A stretch of 64,000 nucleotides of DNA from Microgenomates group bacterium. Lineage in GTDB: Bacteria > Patescibacteriota > Microgenomatia > UBA8517. Below are positions 30,914 through 40,679 of this stretch, piece after piece (the first letter of the stretch is position 1; every line of letters starts with the position of its first letter). The stretch is from assembly GCA_049301455.1 (NCBI GenBank), contig JBAQKY010000020.1, positions 10,184 through 74,183 on the forward strand, written 5' to 3'. The notes under the pieces are model-generated. The model was given only the letters and a program-made list of their open reading frames with translations, ran no database searches and was not told the origin of the DNA. Position numbers and translations under genes: made by a program.

Positions 30914-33451
30914 CTATGGTCTAAAAAACAATCTAGCTTTAAAATCTCTAGCTAGATCTGTATTATAGCTTGAAAGACTCCTACCAGTCAAGGTAAGGTC
31001 TGAGGATCTAACATTTACCACCAAATTATCTGCCTCTGTTCCCGCCTGTTTGATAATTTTAATATCATACTGACCACCTAATTCTAATTTTTTATCTTCT
31101 ATATTCCATACAATTTGTAGTTTTTTCTGTGTTCCTGGTAATACCTCTACCAAAAACCCTACTTCCCTTCTTCCGTCTGTATCTACTAAATCATATTCAA
31201 GGTCACTATAACTACCAGTTGAATCATACAACCTAACCCCTCCAATCTTAGCATTTACAGGTAAAAGGATTCGAGCGTAATTTTTATAAACTCCCATATT
31301 ACCAATAGCTGGGCTAGCCGTATTTTCATAATTAACCAGCAACTCATGGCCTAGAAATTCTTTTGAAATAGATAAATTTAATTCATGGGATCTTTTGATG
31401 AAGAAGTTTGACTTGTTAACACCTAAGTTTGCATCAATTAAAGCATAAGTATCTCTAAAACACCTTAGGCCACAATCTGTATTTAAATCCATCTCCCCTG
31501 CATATCCCAAACTTTGGATAGCCTCCTGTGCATTATTATCGTGAAGATAAATCTGTATGTGCCTTCGTTCTAAACTTTCATATAATTCACTAAAGAATGC
31601 GAGATATTTATCTCCATCTAACGTCTCAACCTCTTCAATTAAGCTTTTAGTTAATGATGTAAGAATTGTAGCTTTTTTGATCGAACCTGGGAAAAATTCA
31701 CTTTCTACTTCAGACTGAATTAAGGTATAAAGGTTGTTTGAATCAACAGTTAAATTAAAATCAGGTAAGTTGACTGGACCAATAATTGCAAGTAGTCTTT
31801 TAACAAAGTTCAAATCAACTGTTATTACACCATCAACTGTTTCACCAATTTCCTTCTCCAAGAACCATTCAGCCTTAACAGCAGAGATTGGGAAGTTTGG
31901 GTCCCAATTAGAATCTCTAAGATACCAGCCTCCTTCGCCTAAGTGCTTTCTAATTGGTTCTGGTGGATCCACATGACCTTTTAATTGACCATCTGCCATG
32001 TAAACATCATTAACAACAATCTCTGACATTCTACCTTTATCAAAAGTTACAAGTCCAAACGAACCGATGAATCCTCCTGTTGGTCTAAGTTCCATATTAT
32101 TTTGAAACAATATCAAATATTTTTGAGGTTTTTCAGTACCTAATAGAATTGATATTCTAGAAAACAAATTTTTGACCTCATAGATTTTAGTTTTGTACTC
32201 TCCAATGTCGATGCTTCTTTTTACAAGTTTGTTTCTTAGATAGTTGCCCACAAAACCACTCAGTTCATTTACATCACTTTGCAAGAAACTTATGTTTGTG
32301 TGGATTTTATCTAGACTTGCAGAGATATTATTTGATTCATAGGCTAAATCATATTGACTATCATCCATAATTTTATTTACAAACTGTTTACCTGCATCTA
32401 CTAAAATAATGCCTTCCGAACCAAGCGAAGAAACTTCAAAAACAATATTTGCAGTGTCATATATAAAATTGTTACCAAAGCTTAAATTGCGACCAAGATC
32501 AGCGACCTGCATACTTTTTACAATCAATTGGCTCGACAAGCTGTTGTTTGTAAATGTAGTTTTGAGTGATACAACCAATAAAGCTAGCGAGATGATAATT
32601 AAATAAAACGGAGTAAAAGCGAAAAATACTACAATTAATAATAATTTCCAAAACCTCCTAACCTTTTTCTTTAATTCCTGATTATTTAAAACTTTTTCCT
32701 TTTTAACTTCTGGGGGAAGTAAGCTCTCCTCAACTTTCACATCTGTTATTGAGACAAAATATTCACGAGTGTTTTTGATAGCTAGGCGTAGTGAAAAATC
32801 TATTTGAACAGACGACATGGAATATAGATCAATCGTCTCTGATTCTCCATTTGTTAAAACAATATTTGAATCATCAATTCCCAAATATTTAGTTGCAAAT
32901 GTCTTTTTACTTTTTCTCGGACCTACGATTGATATTATTTCTCCAGATATCCCAAAGGAAAAGGTATCTCTTACAATTCTGTCTGCCAGTTTATTTATTG
33001 AAACAGTATTAATGAGTTGGCTATCTGACCTTATTTTTATTCTTTCACTCAATATAGATTGCATTATTAAATCGTGTGAAATGTTTAATTGATTAAACAA
33101 AACATCACGCCCGAGCATTTCAGGAACCAAGAGTATTCCTAAATTTTGATTAATATTAATTAAATTTGAAAGCTCTGAATCTATAACAAACTTTTCATTT
33201 TTTTTCACCAACAAAGGATGCAAAACCAAAATCTTACACTCCACACCTTTAATTACGTTTTGTATCTCTATTAGTTGTTCTTTAAAATCAATTAAATTAA
33301 TAATCAAATAACTTAGATGGCTTAAGTCTGCCTTATTAAAGTCATCAAAAATTTTAACTTCTAAATATTTTTGTTCAAATTTTTCTTTTAATCTGTTTGA
33401 TAGTGAATTAACTTTTGAGTAAATACCAACTATTCCATCATAATCTTCCAT
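30914..33451 (-). CDS. large membrane-anchored extracytoplasmic protein, DUF4012-like
   Basis: 845 aa with one central TM segment. YLILFQNNMELRPTGGFIGSFGLVTF resembles the DUF4012 core as I recall it (QNNAELRptGGfiGs). Family name from memory only. Confidence 0.5.
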   Translation of the reverse strand: MEDYDGIVGIYSKVNSLSNRLKEKFEQKYLEVKIFDDFNKADLSHLSYLIINLIDFKEQLIEIQNVIKGVECKILVLHPLLVKKNEKFVIDSELSNLININQNLGILLVPEMLGRDVLFNQLNISHDLIMQSILSERIKIRSDSQLINTVSINKLADRIVRDTFSFGISGEIISIVGPRKSKKTFATKYLGIDDSNIVLTNGESETIDLYSMSSVQIDFSLRLAIKNTREYFVSITDVKVEESLLPPEVKKEKVLNNQELKKKVRRFWKLLLIVVFFAFTPFYLIIISLALLVVSLKTTFTNNSLSSQLIVKSMQVADLGRNLSFGNNFIYDTANIVFEVSSLGSEGIILVDAGKQFVNKIMDDSQYDLAYESNNISASLDKIHTNISFLQSDVNELSGFVGNYLRNKLVKRSIDIGEYKTKIYEVKNLFSRISILLGTEKPQKYLILFQNNMELRPTGGFIGSFGLVTFDKGRMSEIVVNDVYMADGQLKGHVDPPEPIRKHLGEGGWYLRDSNWDPNFPISAVKAEWFLEKEIGETVDGVITVDLNFVKRLLAIIGPVNLPDFNLTVDSNNLYTLIQSEVESEFFPGSIKKATILTSLTKSLIEEVETLDGDKYLAFFSELYESLERRHIQIYLHDNNAQEAIQSLGYAGEMDLNTDCGLRCFRDTYALIDANLGVNKSNFFIKRSHELNLSISKEFLGHELLVNYENTASPAIGNMGVYKNYARILLPVNAKIGGVRLYDSTGSYSDLEYDLVDTDGRREVGFLVEVLPGTQKKLQIVWNIEDKKLELGGQYDIKIIKQAGTEADNLVVNVRSSDLTLTGRSLSSYNTDLARDFKARLFFRP

Positions 33452-33602
33452 ATACTTATCGTACCATAATTAGCCACATAAAATTAAGAATCCATTTACC
33501 GCAATATGTATTTTTTGTTAATCAAAAATATTTTTCATTTTCCCGTTGAAGCGCTAAGCGCTGTTACTTAGCAATGTTTATAAAAAAATATATTTGCATA
33601 CT

Positions 33603-34010
33603 CTAACGTGAAGAGTTTCTGTCTAGTTCTTCGTTTACAAGATCATCTGCTAATGTGTTATTTGTTCTGTATCCCCACTGAAACTTTATATTTAAATTTG
33701 AAGTTTTAATTTTATCTTTGATTTGATCAGCTAACACCTTTAATTTTTCATTTTTAATTTTGTAGAATCCATTTAATTGCCTTTCAACAAGTTGTGAATC
33801 AAGATTAAAAATTATTTCATCTTTAGTCTTTTCATCAATCAACCAATCGATTGCAATTGATACAGCTGTATATTCTGCAACATTATTAGTTTCGGTTCCT
33901 AAAAATTTACTGCCTTTATAAATTGTATTTCCATCTTGAGTAACAACAAACGCACTTGCAGCTGGTCCAGGGTTTCCTCTTGATCCACCATCACAATATA
34001 TTATCAACAT
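33603..34010 (-). CDS. rnhA: ribonuclease H (RNase HI-type)
   Basis: MLIIYCDGGSRGNPGPAASAFVV...TNNVAEYTAVSIAIDWL, with the catalytic D-E-D arrangement. Confidence 0.8.
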   Translation of the reverse strand: MLIIYCDGGSRGNPGPAASAFVVTQDGNTIYKGSKFLGTETNNVAEYTAVSIAIDWLIDEKTKDEIIFNLDSQLVERQLNGFYKIKNEKLKVLADQIKDKIKTSNLNIKFQWGYRTNNTLADDLVNEELDRNSSR

Positions 34011-34019
34011 GTCCCTATA

Positions 34020-35132
34020 TTAATATTTTTGAAGTCTTTTAGAAAGTGCTAATACAAAAACAAGAAGGAGGATGTTTTGTTGAAGTGTAATCCAGTAGTG
34101 ATCGTTTAATCCAGTTAAAACCACAGCAATCAATGGATAATTTGAAAGTGATATTGATGAAAATATTAAAAACATAAATACTATAAAACCAATAATTCCA
34201 GTTTCAGAAAAAATTAATAGAAATATATTATGAACTGGTTGCAACTCCCAAGCATTAACAAAAGTGTTTGAGACCTTCACCAGATTTGGTACAAAGTTAT
34301 TAAACCCTACACCAAACCAAAAGTTCTCTTTAATGATAGTTAGAGCAGATTTTATTAATTCTATTCTGTGAGTAATGTATCTTGCACTTAAATCAACAAA
34401 CACTAGTGGAGCAAATGTTTTTATATTTATATATTTCATTAATAAAATTAATGTTGTTGCAATATAAACGTTTAATGAGTTGGTTAAAACTAAATTAATA
34501 CCAACTAGTATTAACAAGGTCCAAAAATGTTTAGTAACAAACTTCTTTCTATACTCAAGTAAAAATATTGAGAAAACTAACAAAAACCCAGCAAAAGAAT
34601 TAGGGTGTGAAAAAGTAGAGTAAGGATAAGGCGCAATGTTTGGATCATTAAACATAAAAGTTCTTTCACCAAGTAAATAGAAAAGTCCACCAATCGATTC
34701 ATTATTTATAAATTGTGCTATTCCTAATAAACAAATTATAAAAACTGAGTAGGAGAGAGGCCTAATAAAATTTTTAAAAACATCAAAAGTTTTTGTTTTA
34801 TTTATAACAACCCCCAAAAGGATCATCTCTGTAACCTTTAGCCATTTATATAGAGCTGGGATTATTAATAATGAATTGCTGATATTTAATATTGCAAAAC
34901 CAAAATAAGCAGCAATTAACAAATAATGTTTTTTTGTAAAATTAAAAGTGGAACTAAATATTATATTTCTTAATCCTAGAATAATTATTAAAAGCGCTAC
35001 TATATCTGTTAAATATAACGTTGGTATTAAGTAATCAATTCTAAAACCGTACACTGTTGAGTCAAAATTGTTAAAGTGAAGTCCAAGTTGTGTGGGGAGT
35101 AAAAATGATAGGAGTGAAATTAAATACAACAT
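34020..35132 (-). CDS. O-antigen ligase/polymerase-like (Wzy_C) polytopic membrane protein
   Basis: 370 aa with about 10 TM helices. ITHRIELIKSALTIIKENFWFGVGFNNF resembles the Wzy_C periplasmic loop. Confidence 0.55.
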   Translation of the reverse strand: MLYLISLLSFLLPTQLGLHFNNFDSTVYGFRIDYLIPTLYLTDIVALLIIILGLRNIIFSSTFNFTKKHYLLIAAYFGFAILNISNSLLIIPALYKWLKVTEMILLGVVINKTKTFDVFKNFIRPLSYSVFIICLLGIAQFINNESIGGLFYLLGERTFMFNDPNIAPYPYSTFSHPNSFAGFLLVFSIFLLEYRKKFVTKHFWTLLILVGINLVLTNSLNVYIATTLILLMKYINIKTFAPLVFVDLSARYITHRIELIKSALTIIKENFWFGVGFNNFVPNLVKVSNTFVNAWELQPVHNIFLLIFSETGIIGFIVFMFLIFSSISLSNYPLIAVVLTGLNDHYWITLQQNILLLVFVLALSKRLQKY

Positions 35133-35148
35133 TAGTTGTATTATATAA

Positions 35149-35595
35149 CTACTTAGGCTTGATAACTAAATATCTTTCAGGTTCAACACCCTCAGATTCT
35201 GTTACAACATCGTTTCTTTCTGCTAGGTGCATATGGACGGCACGTCTTTGACCTGCTGTTAAGTTGTAGATAGGTTGTGGTTCTTTTGTTTCGATTGCTC
35301 TATCTGCTGATTGATCAGCTAGTTCTTTTAATTTTTCTTCTTGTTTTTGTCTGTAGTCACCAACGTTAACAACTAATCTATACCATTCACCTGTTTGGCC
35401 TTTTAACATAATTCCTAATACTGTTTGAATTGCATTAATGTTTTCACCTCTAAAACCGATAAGAAGTCCTGTTTCATCATCTGTAGAAAGATTGATTTCA
35501 TATGTCTTTTCACCCAAATCAATAACTTCAACCTGAGCTGAGACACCAGCTAAATTTAATAATTCTTCAGTAAGTTTTTGTATTGTAGAATTCAT
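35149..35595 (-). CDS. Jag/KhpB-type RNA-binding protein (KH plus R3H domains)
   Basis: Conserved position just downstream of yidC. GLLIGFRGENINAIQ is KH-like; the C-terminal QRRAVHMHLA region is R3H-like. Confidence 0.7.
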   Translation of the reverse strand: MNSTIQKLTEELLNLAGVSAQVEVIDLGEKTYEINLSTDDETGLLIGFRGENINAIQTVLGIMLKGQTGEWYRLVVNVGDYRQKQEEKLKELADQSADRAIETKEPQPIYNLTAGQRRAVHMHLAERNDVVTESEGVEPERYLVIKPK

Positions 35596-35602
35596 CTTGG
35601 GT

Positions 35603-36427
35603 CTATTTTATCAAACCTAAGCGATTAATTAAAGGGGTAAGTCCTCCCCAACCTGAAGATTTGTATTGTTGATACATTTGGAAAATTGAGAAAAGTAACC
35701 AATAAAGGGCCAATCCTGATGGAAAACTCACACCAAAGAAAATTGTCATTAAAGGAAATGTGTATATCATTGATGATTGCATGGCTACAGCCATGTCATC
35801 TGCTTGTCCTTTGGTATCTTTTGCAATCTTCTCCTCTTTCTTAACTACAGGAGCCATCATTTTAGCTGAAAGGAATTGTAATAATCCTGCAAGGATAATC
35901 ATAGGCCCAGGGATTGGGAATGGTTTTTTATCTTCCAAACCAACAAACTTGTTTATAGTATCTGGGACTTTAACATCTAAGTATAGAAAATTAGTATTTA
36001 GATTTGCCGTCTCAGACATTTTTAATGGAGCATAAAGTAAATTATTAAGCTTTGACATAGAATCGCCATTTACTGACAAAACCTGAGTAAACACATTAAA
36101 TAAAGCAATCATAATTGCAATGTTTAGAATATATGGCAAACAACCTGCAGATGGATTAATTCCCTTTTGTTTATATAGCTCAGTTTGGGCTGCCATTAAT
36201 GCTTTTTGGTCATTTTTGTACTTTAATTTTAATTTCTTAACAAGAGGTTCAACTTCCTTAATTTTTTTCATTGAAGCCATATAGGGCTTAGTTAGTGGAT
36301 TAGTTGCAAACCTAAGGAAAAGACTAAACCCAATAATTGCTAATCCCATGTTCTGCCAAAGAAGATTATAAAAAAGAATCAAGCCGTTTGTTAATGGCTG
36401 GACTAAGATTATTTGAAAAATATTCAT
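35603..36427 (-). CDS. yidC: membrane protein insertase YidC (short monoderm type)
   Basis: LYKQKGINPSAGCLPYILNIAIMIALF. Synteny rnpA-yidD-yidC-jag. Confidence 0.85.
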   Translation of the reverse strand: MNIFQIILVQPLTNGLILFYNLLWQNMGLAIIGFSLFLRFATNPLTKPYMASMKKIKEVEPLVKKLKLKYKNDQKALMAAQTELYKQKGINPSAGCLPYILNIAIMIALFNVFTQVLSVNGDSMSKLNNLLYAPLKMSETANLNTNFLYLDVKVPDTINKFVGLEDKKPFPIPGPMIILAGLLQFLSAKMMAPVVKKEEKIAKDTKGQADDMAVAMQSSMIYTFPLMTIFFGVSFPSGLALYWLLFSIFQMYQQYKSSGWGGLTPLINRLGLIK

Positions 36428-36443
36428 ATATTTATGTGGTTTT

Positions 36444-36653
36444 TTAATTACTCGACCAAGAGTTGCATGAGATAATTCTCTTGATAGCTAAAACTCCGCC
36501 TCTTACTATACCATATTTCTCAATAACATCCACAGAGTATTCAGAACAAGTAGGGGAATACCTACAACCCCCACCACCAAACATAAATTTAAGAATGGGA
36601 GAGAGTGTTAATTTGTAAATTTTTAGTAATAATCTCATTGGTTTCATTTTCAA
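36444..36653 (-). CDS. yidD: membrane protein insertion efficiency factor YidD
   Basis: CRYSPTCSEYSVDVIEKYGIVRGGVLAIKRIISCN. Confidence 0.8.
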   Translation of the reverse strand: MKMKPMRLLLKIYKLTLSPILKFMFGGGGCRYSPTCSEYSVDVIEKYGIVRGGVLAIKRIISCNSWSSN

Positions 36654-36987
36654 GTTCTTCTTTACTAATTTTAACAGCAGATGGTTTAATTAAAAAAACA
36701 ACGTCTAAACCTCTTTTTATTTCACCCAACCTCTTTCTAATAACTTCAGCTATTACTCTCTTTATTCTGTTTCTAACAACCGCCTTTTTTGAAATCTTTG
36801 TTGAAACTATAAAACCAAAGTGAGATTCTTTTCTATCATTTTCATCAAGGTTATTATTATCACTATTATAGACATCTAATCTATCATAAATACCCATACC
36901 GAAGGATTTTGATTGGTGCATAACTCCATCTATTTCTATGCGGGCGAAGTTTATTTTTTTCTTTAATCTATTTTTAGAAGCTAACAT
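36589..36987 (-). CDS. rnpA: ribonuclease P protein component
   Basis: FGFIVSTKISKKAVVRNRIKRVIAEVIR. Its start ATG overlaps the rpmH stop as TAATG. Confidence 0.8.
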   Translation of the reverse strand: MLASKNRLKKKINFARIEIDGVMHQSKSFGMGIYDRLDVYNSDNNNLDENDRKESHFGFIVSTKISKKAVVRNRIKRVIAEVIRKRLGEIKRGLDVVFLIKPSAVKISKEELENETNEIITKNLQINTLSHS

Positions 36988-37136
36988 TATCTAGATGCAT
37001 TGACTAGGTTTTTTCTACCCTTAAGCATTCTTCTCTTTAATACTTTTCTGCCGTCAGCAGAAGAATTACGAGACATAAAACCGAATTTTTTAATTCTTTT
37101 TAGTTTGTGTGGTTGATATGTTCTTTTTGTTGCCAT
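36987..37136 (-). CDS. rpmH: 50S ribosomal protein L34
   Basis: Not in the ORF track because it is under 60 aa. Hand translation of the minus strand gives [49 protein letters not shown] (49 aa), the canonical L34 sequence. Confidence 0.85.
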   Translation of the reverse strand: MATKRTYQPHKLKRIKKFGFMSRNSSADGRKVLKRRMLKGRKNLVNASR

Positions 37137-37340
37137 GAGACGATTTTACCACAAAACACTAAAATTACACAATGCGTATTAATACCTATTTCAAATTTGA
37201 CTAATTGCCCCTTGTATATTGTGGATAACTTTCTTAACATAACAGAGCAAAGTACTTAGTACACAGTACTTAGATAAAACTAACTGCTCCATGTTTTTCT
37301 TCTATTTTTACTTTGTACTCTGTACAACTAACTATTTTAT
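37137..37340. promoter_or_regulatory. AT-rich rpmH-dnaA intergenic region with at least one consensus DnaA box (oriC/dnaA promoter region)
   Basis: TGTGGATAA (reverse TTATCCACA) at 37220-37228, in 204 bp of AT-rich spacer between divergent rpmH and dnaA. Confidence 0.5.
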
Positions 37341-38711
37341 ATGGAAAAACAAGATTTCGAAAAAATTTGGAAAGATACATTAGAAACACTACGTATTTCA
37401 GTCTCTGATGCTGCTTTTAAAACATATCTCTCTCACACACACCTAATTGACCTTAAAGAGATAGGGGATAGAATAATTGCAGAAGTAGGATGTGATTCAA
37501 TTTTTACAAAACAGCAAATTGAACAAAGATATTCAGGATTATTTCAAGATACTCTCACAAAACAATTAGAAAAAAATGTGGATGTAACATTTATAGTAAA
37601 ATCTATAACTCGTACAATTCCCACTACAACTGAAAAAATTACTCCACTATTTGACACTCCAAAAATAAACACTGAAGAAGTTGAAGCTGCAGTTAAAAGA
37701 GCGAATCTAAGAATGCTTTTTACCTTTGATAAATTTGCCGTTTCAGGAAGCAATCAAATGGCTCATGCAGCAGCTCAAGCAGTTGCTGACAACCCAGGTG
37801 TTTCATATAATCCATTATTTATATATGGTGGGGTAGGAGTTGGAAAAACTCACTTAATGCATGCAGTGGGACACAACATGATACTTAAAAATGTCAATTC
37901 AAAGATATTAGCCTGTACTGCAGAGGATTTTACAAATGATATTGTTGATGGAATCAGGAATAAAACAACAGCAGAAGTTAGAAAAAAATATAGAAAACTT
38001 GACGCTTTGTTTATTGACGATATCCAATTTATAGCTGGTAAAGACACTGCACAAGAAGAGTTCTTTCACACTTTTAATGCTGTAACATCTGCTGGAGGAC
38101 AAGTAATACTAACTTCTGACAAACCACCAACTGAAATATCAAAACTTGAAGCCAGACTTAAAACTAGATTCCAAGCAGGTTTAATTGTTGATGTTTCACC
38201 ACCTGACTTTGAGTTACGATCAGCTATTGTTCAAATTAAATCTGAAGAAAGGGGAATAAACCTTTCAAATGAAATGGTTGCCCTTGTTGCAGGGAATATT
38301 GATTCAGCCAGAGGAATACAAGGTTTTTTAGTTAAACTGTTTACAGAAGTCAATTTTAACAAAAGGGAAGTTACCACAGAACTTATAGAATCGCTGCTTG
38401 GAAAAGCAAATAGTGCAGATGAAGTAAAAGTTAAAATAAGTCCAGACGATTTGATTAATAAAGTTGCAAAATACTATTCATTAGGTAAAAGACAATTATT
38501 AGGAGATTCTAGAGCATTACCTGTCGTTCGCCCAAGACAAATACTTATGTACCTTCTTCGAAAACAAGTAGATCTACCTTTCCAAGAAGTAGGAAGGATT
38601 GTTGGGCGTGATCATTCAACAGTAATGAACGCTGTGGAAAAGATAACACAATTACTCTCAACCAATGTGGATATTCAGGCGGATATCATGGGGATAAAAA
38701 AAACTCTTTGA
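37341..38711 (+). CDS. dnaA: chromosomal replication initiator DnaA
   Basis: AAA+ Walker A LFIYGGVGVGKTHLMHAVGH, box VII, and a C-terminal DNA-binding domain. Confidence 0.95.
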   Translation: MEKQDFEKIWKDTLETLRISVSDAAFKTYLSHTHLIDLKEIGDRIIAEVGCDSIFTKQQIEQRYSGLFQDTLTKQLEKNVDVTFIVKSITRTIPTTTEKITPLFDTPKINTEEVEAAVKRANLRMLFTFDKFAVSGSNQMAHAAAQAVADNPGVSYNPLFIYGGVGVGKTHLMHAVGHNMILKNVNSKILACTAEDFTNDIVDGIRNKTTAEVRKKYRKLDALFIDDIQFIAGKDTAQEEFFHTFNAVTSAGGQVILTSDKPPTEISKLEARLKTRFQAGLIVDVSPPDFELRSAIVQIKSEERGINLSNEMVALVAGNIDSARGIQGFLVKLFTEVNFNKREVTTELIESLLGKANSADEVKVKISPDDLINKVAKYYSLGKRQLLGDSRALPVVRPRQILMYLLRKQVDLPFQEVGRIVGRDHSTVMNAVEKITQLLSTNVDIQADIMGIKKTL

Positions 38712-38735
38712 GTATAACTTTTAGAACTTCTCCAC

Positions 38736-38821
38736 TTATCCCCAATTATTAACAGGTTATCCACAGTTTTATCCACCACTTATCCCCTGCCTGAGCTATA
38801 CTTGTTATCATCTTATCCACC
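38736..38821. promoter_or_regulatory. cluster of five DnaA boxes in the dnaA-dnaN spacer (oriC core)
   Basis: TTATCCCCA 38736-38744, TTATCCACA 38757-38765, TTATCCACC 38769-38777, TTATCCCCT 38780-38788, TTATCCACC 38813-38821. All in the same orientation with 11-12 bp spacing. Confidence 0.65.
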
Positions 38822-38893
38822 ATCCCTACTACTAGTACTACTATTTAAAATATGATATTAATACATTAACGACATTTGTCTAAAAACATATAT

Positions 38894-40000
38894 ATGAAAT
38901 TAACCGTTCTTCAAGAAAACCTAAAAAATGCAGTTAGTCTCACATCACATTTTATTTCACTTAAAGCGCAGCTTCCAATATTATCAAATATTCTTTTAAA
39001 GACAGACAAATCAAGATTAATATTACAAGCGACAAACCTCGAAACTTCAATCTCAACTTCTATTGGGGCAAAAATCGAAACTGAAGGAGAAATCACCATT
39101 AATGGAAAAGTTTTTAATGATTTAATTTCAAATTTGTCTTCAGGTCAAATTGAATTAGAAGTAGAAAAAGAAAGTATAAAAATAACGGCAGGGACATTTA
39201 AATCAAATGTTTTAGGTTCTAATACTTCTGACTTCCCTACTCTTCCAGACAATGTCGGTAAAGATTCTTTTAAGTTGAATACAAAAGAATTTACTAATGC
39301 ATTATCTAAAACACTCTTTGCAGTATCTTCAGACGAGACCAGGCCTATTCTAACAGGTGTCTTGTTTGTTTTTAAAGGTAATACACTCTACCTTGTTTCT
39401 ACTGATGGTTTTAGGCTTACAGAAATACAATTAAAAACTAAAATTGAAATTCCAGATTTAAAAATTATAGTTCCAAAAACAATTCTAAATGAGGTTTCAA
39501 AACTTACAGACAGTGAAGATTTAGAAGTTTCTTTTGATAAAGATAATAATCAAATAATATTTAAGATTGAAGACACAATTCTATCTTCAAGAATAATTGA
39601 AGGAGAATTTCCTGAATATCAAAAAATAATACCTACTTCATCAATTTGTAATTTAACTGTAGATAAACAGGATTTAGAAAAAGCAATTAAGCTCGCTTCA
39701 GTTTTTGCAAGAGACTCAGGTAATATCGTCAGATTTACTGTCAAAGAAAATTACTTAAAAGTGAAAGCAGAAAGTTCTAACGCTGGTAATCAAGAAATGG
39801 AGATTGAAGTAAAAACAGAAGATTTAAAGCAAGAAGAGATAGAAATAATGTTTAATTTTAGATTCTTAGAAGAATTTTTAAAAATTGTAGTTTCTGATGA
39901 AGTTCAAATACAAATATCTGATAACAACAAAGCTTCAAAATTTCTAGACTCAAAAACTTCAAATTTACTTCATATAATTATGCCTATAAAAACAACTTAA
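38894..40000 (+). CDS. dnaN: DNA polymerase III beta sliding clamp
   Basis: MKLTVLQENLKNAV...: three-domain clamp (about 368 aa). The ORF-track start at 38876 (MSKNIYMKLTV) is probably 6 codons too far upstream. Confidence 0.9.
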   Translation: MKLTVLQENLKNAVSLTSHFISLKAQLPILSNILLKTDKSRLILQATNLETSISTSIGAKIETEGEITINGKVFNDLISNLSSGQIELEVEKESIKITAGTFKSNVLGSNTSDFPTLPDNVGKDSFKLNTKEFTNALSKTLFAVSSDETRPILTGVLFVFKGNTLYLVSTDGFRLTEIQLKTKIEIPDLKIIVPKTILNEVSKLTDSEDLEVSFDKDNNQIIFKIEDTILSSRIIEGEFPEYQKIIPTSSICNLTVDKQDLEKAIKLASVFARDSGNIVRFTVKENYLKVKAESSNAGNQEMEIEVKTEDLKQEEIEIMFNFRFLEEFLKIVVSDEVQIQISDNNKASKFLDSKTSNLLHIIMPIKTT

Positions 40001-40082
40001 TTATCTTTTTCGTCTCATAATAACTAATTAGTTGTCGATATTATTATAAGAGAAGTTACCAGTTTTGATTTGTTTAAGTGGT

Positions 40083-40667
40083 TTAATGTGAAATTTGTCC
40101 TTCGAAAGGAGTTTCTTGGTAACTTTGTGCATATTTACTCATAAATGTTTCTATATCCGTAGGTTCAAAATACCAGATTTCAAGTATTGTTCCGTCTACG
40201 TGTCCCAAATAAGCAATTCCATTATCTGTATAGATATATAGATTAAACGAACTATCTGATGTTTTAGGATATAAAATATTTGAAGGGTTACCATAGACAT
40301 TTTTTATGTCATTATCTGTTTTGTTATCTTCTTGATTTACAATCTCTCGAATAAAACCTATTTTATTATTAGACACTTCTATTTGATTGTTTCGATAGAT
40401 GTTTGATGATGGATAGTCTCTTATCTCAACATTCCCGCTAGAAGTTGCTGATAATTGAGTTCCAAATGTTTGATTTATTCTATCCTCTTCAAATAATAGG
40501 CCTGGTCTAACTCCTTCTATGTTAGCAATATTTGTGTCAGTAACTTTAATTTCCTTAATATTGTTTTGGTTGCTTGTTGTTGCATATACAAATAATAAAA
40601 AAAATATAATTGTGATAATAAGTAGAAATAACCATTTATTTTTAATGAAATTAATTATTTTTATCAT
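40083..40667 (-). CDS. hypothetical secreted/membrane-anchored protein (last gene of the T4SS-like block)
   Basis: 194 aa with an N-terminal signal anchor. No motif. Confidence 0.45.
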   Translation of the reverse strand: MIKIINFIKNKWLFLLIITIIFFLLFVYATTSNQNNIKEIKVTDTNIANIEGVRPGLLFEEDRINQTFGTQLSATSSGNVEIRDYPSSNIYRNNQIEVSNNKIGFIREIVNQEDNKTDNDIKNVYGNPSNILYPKTSDSSFNLYIYTDNGIAYLGHVDGTILEIWYFEPTDIETFMSKYAQSYQETPFEGQISH

Positions 40668-40679
40668 ATAAATATTTTA

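Noticed and set aside
33560-33590. Palindromic AGCGCTAAGCGCT downstream of rnhA as a terminator
   Set aside because: The stem is only 5 bp with a 3-nt loop and there is no U-tract, so it is too weak to call.
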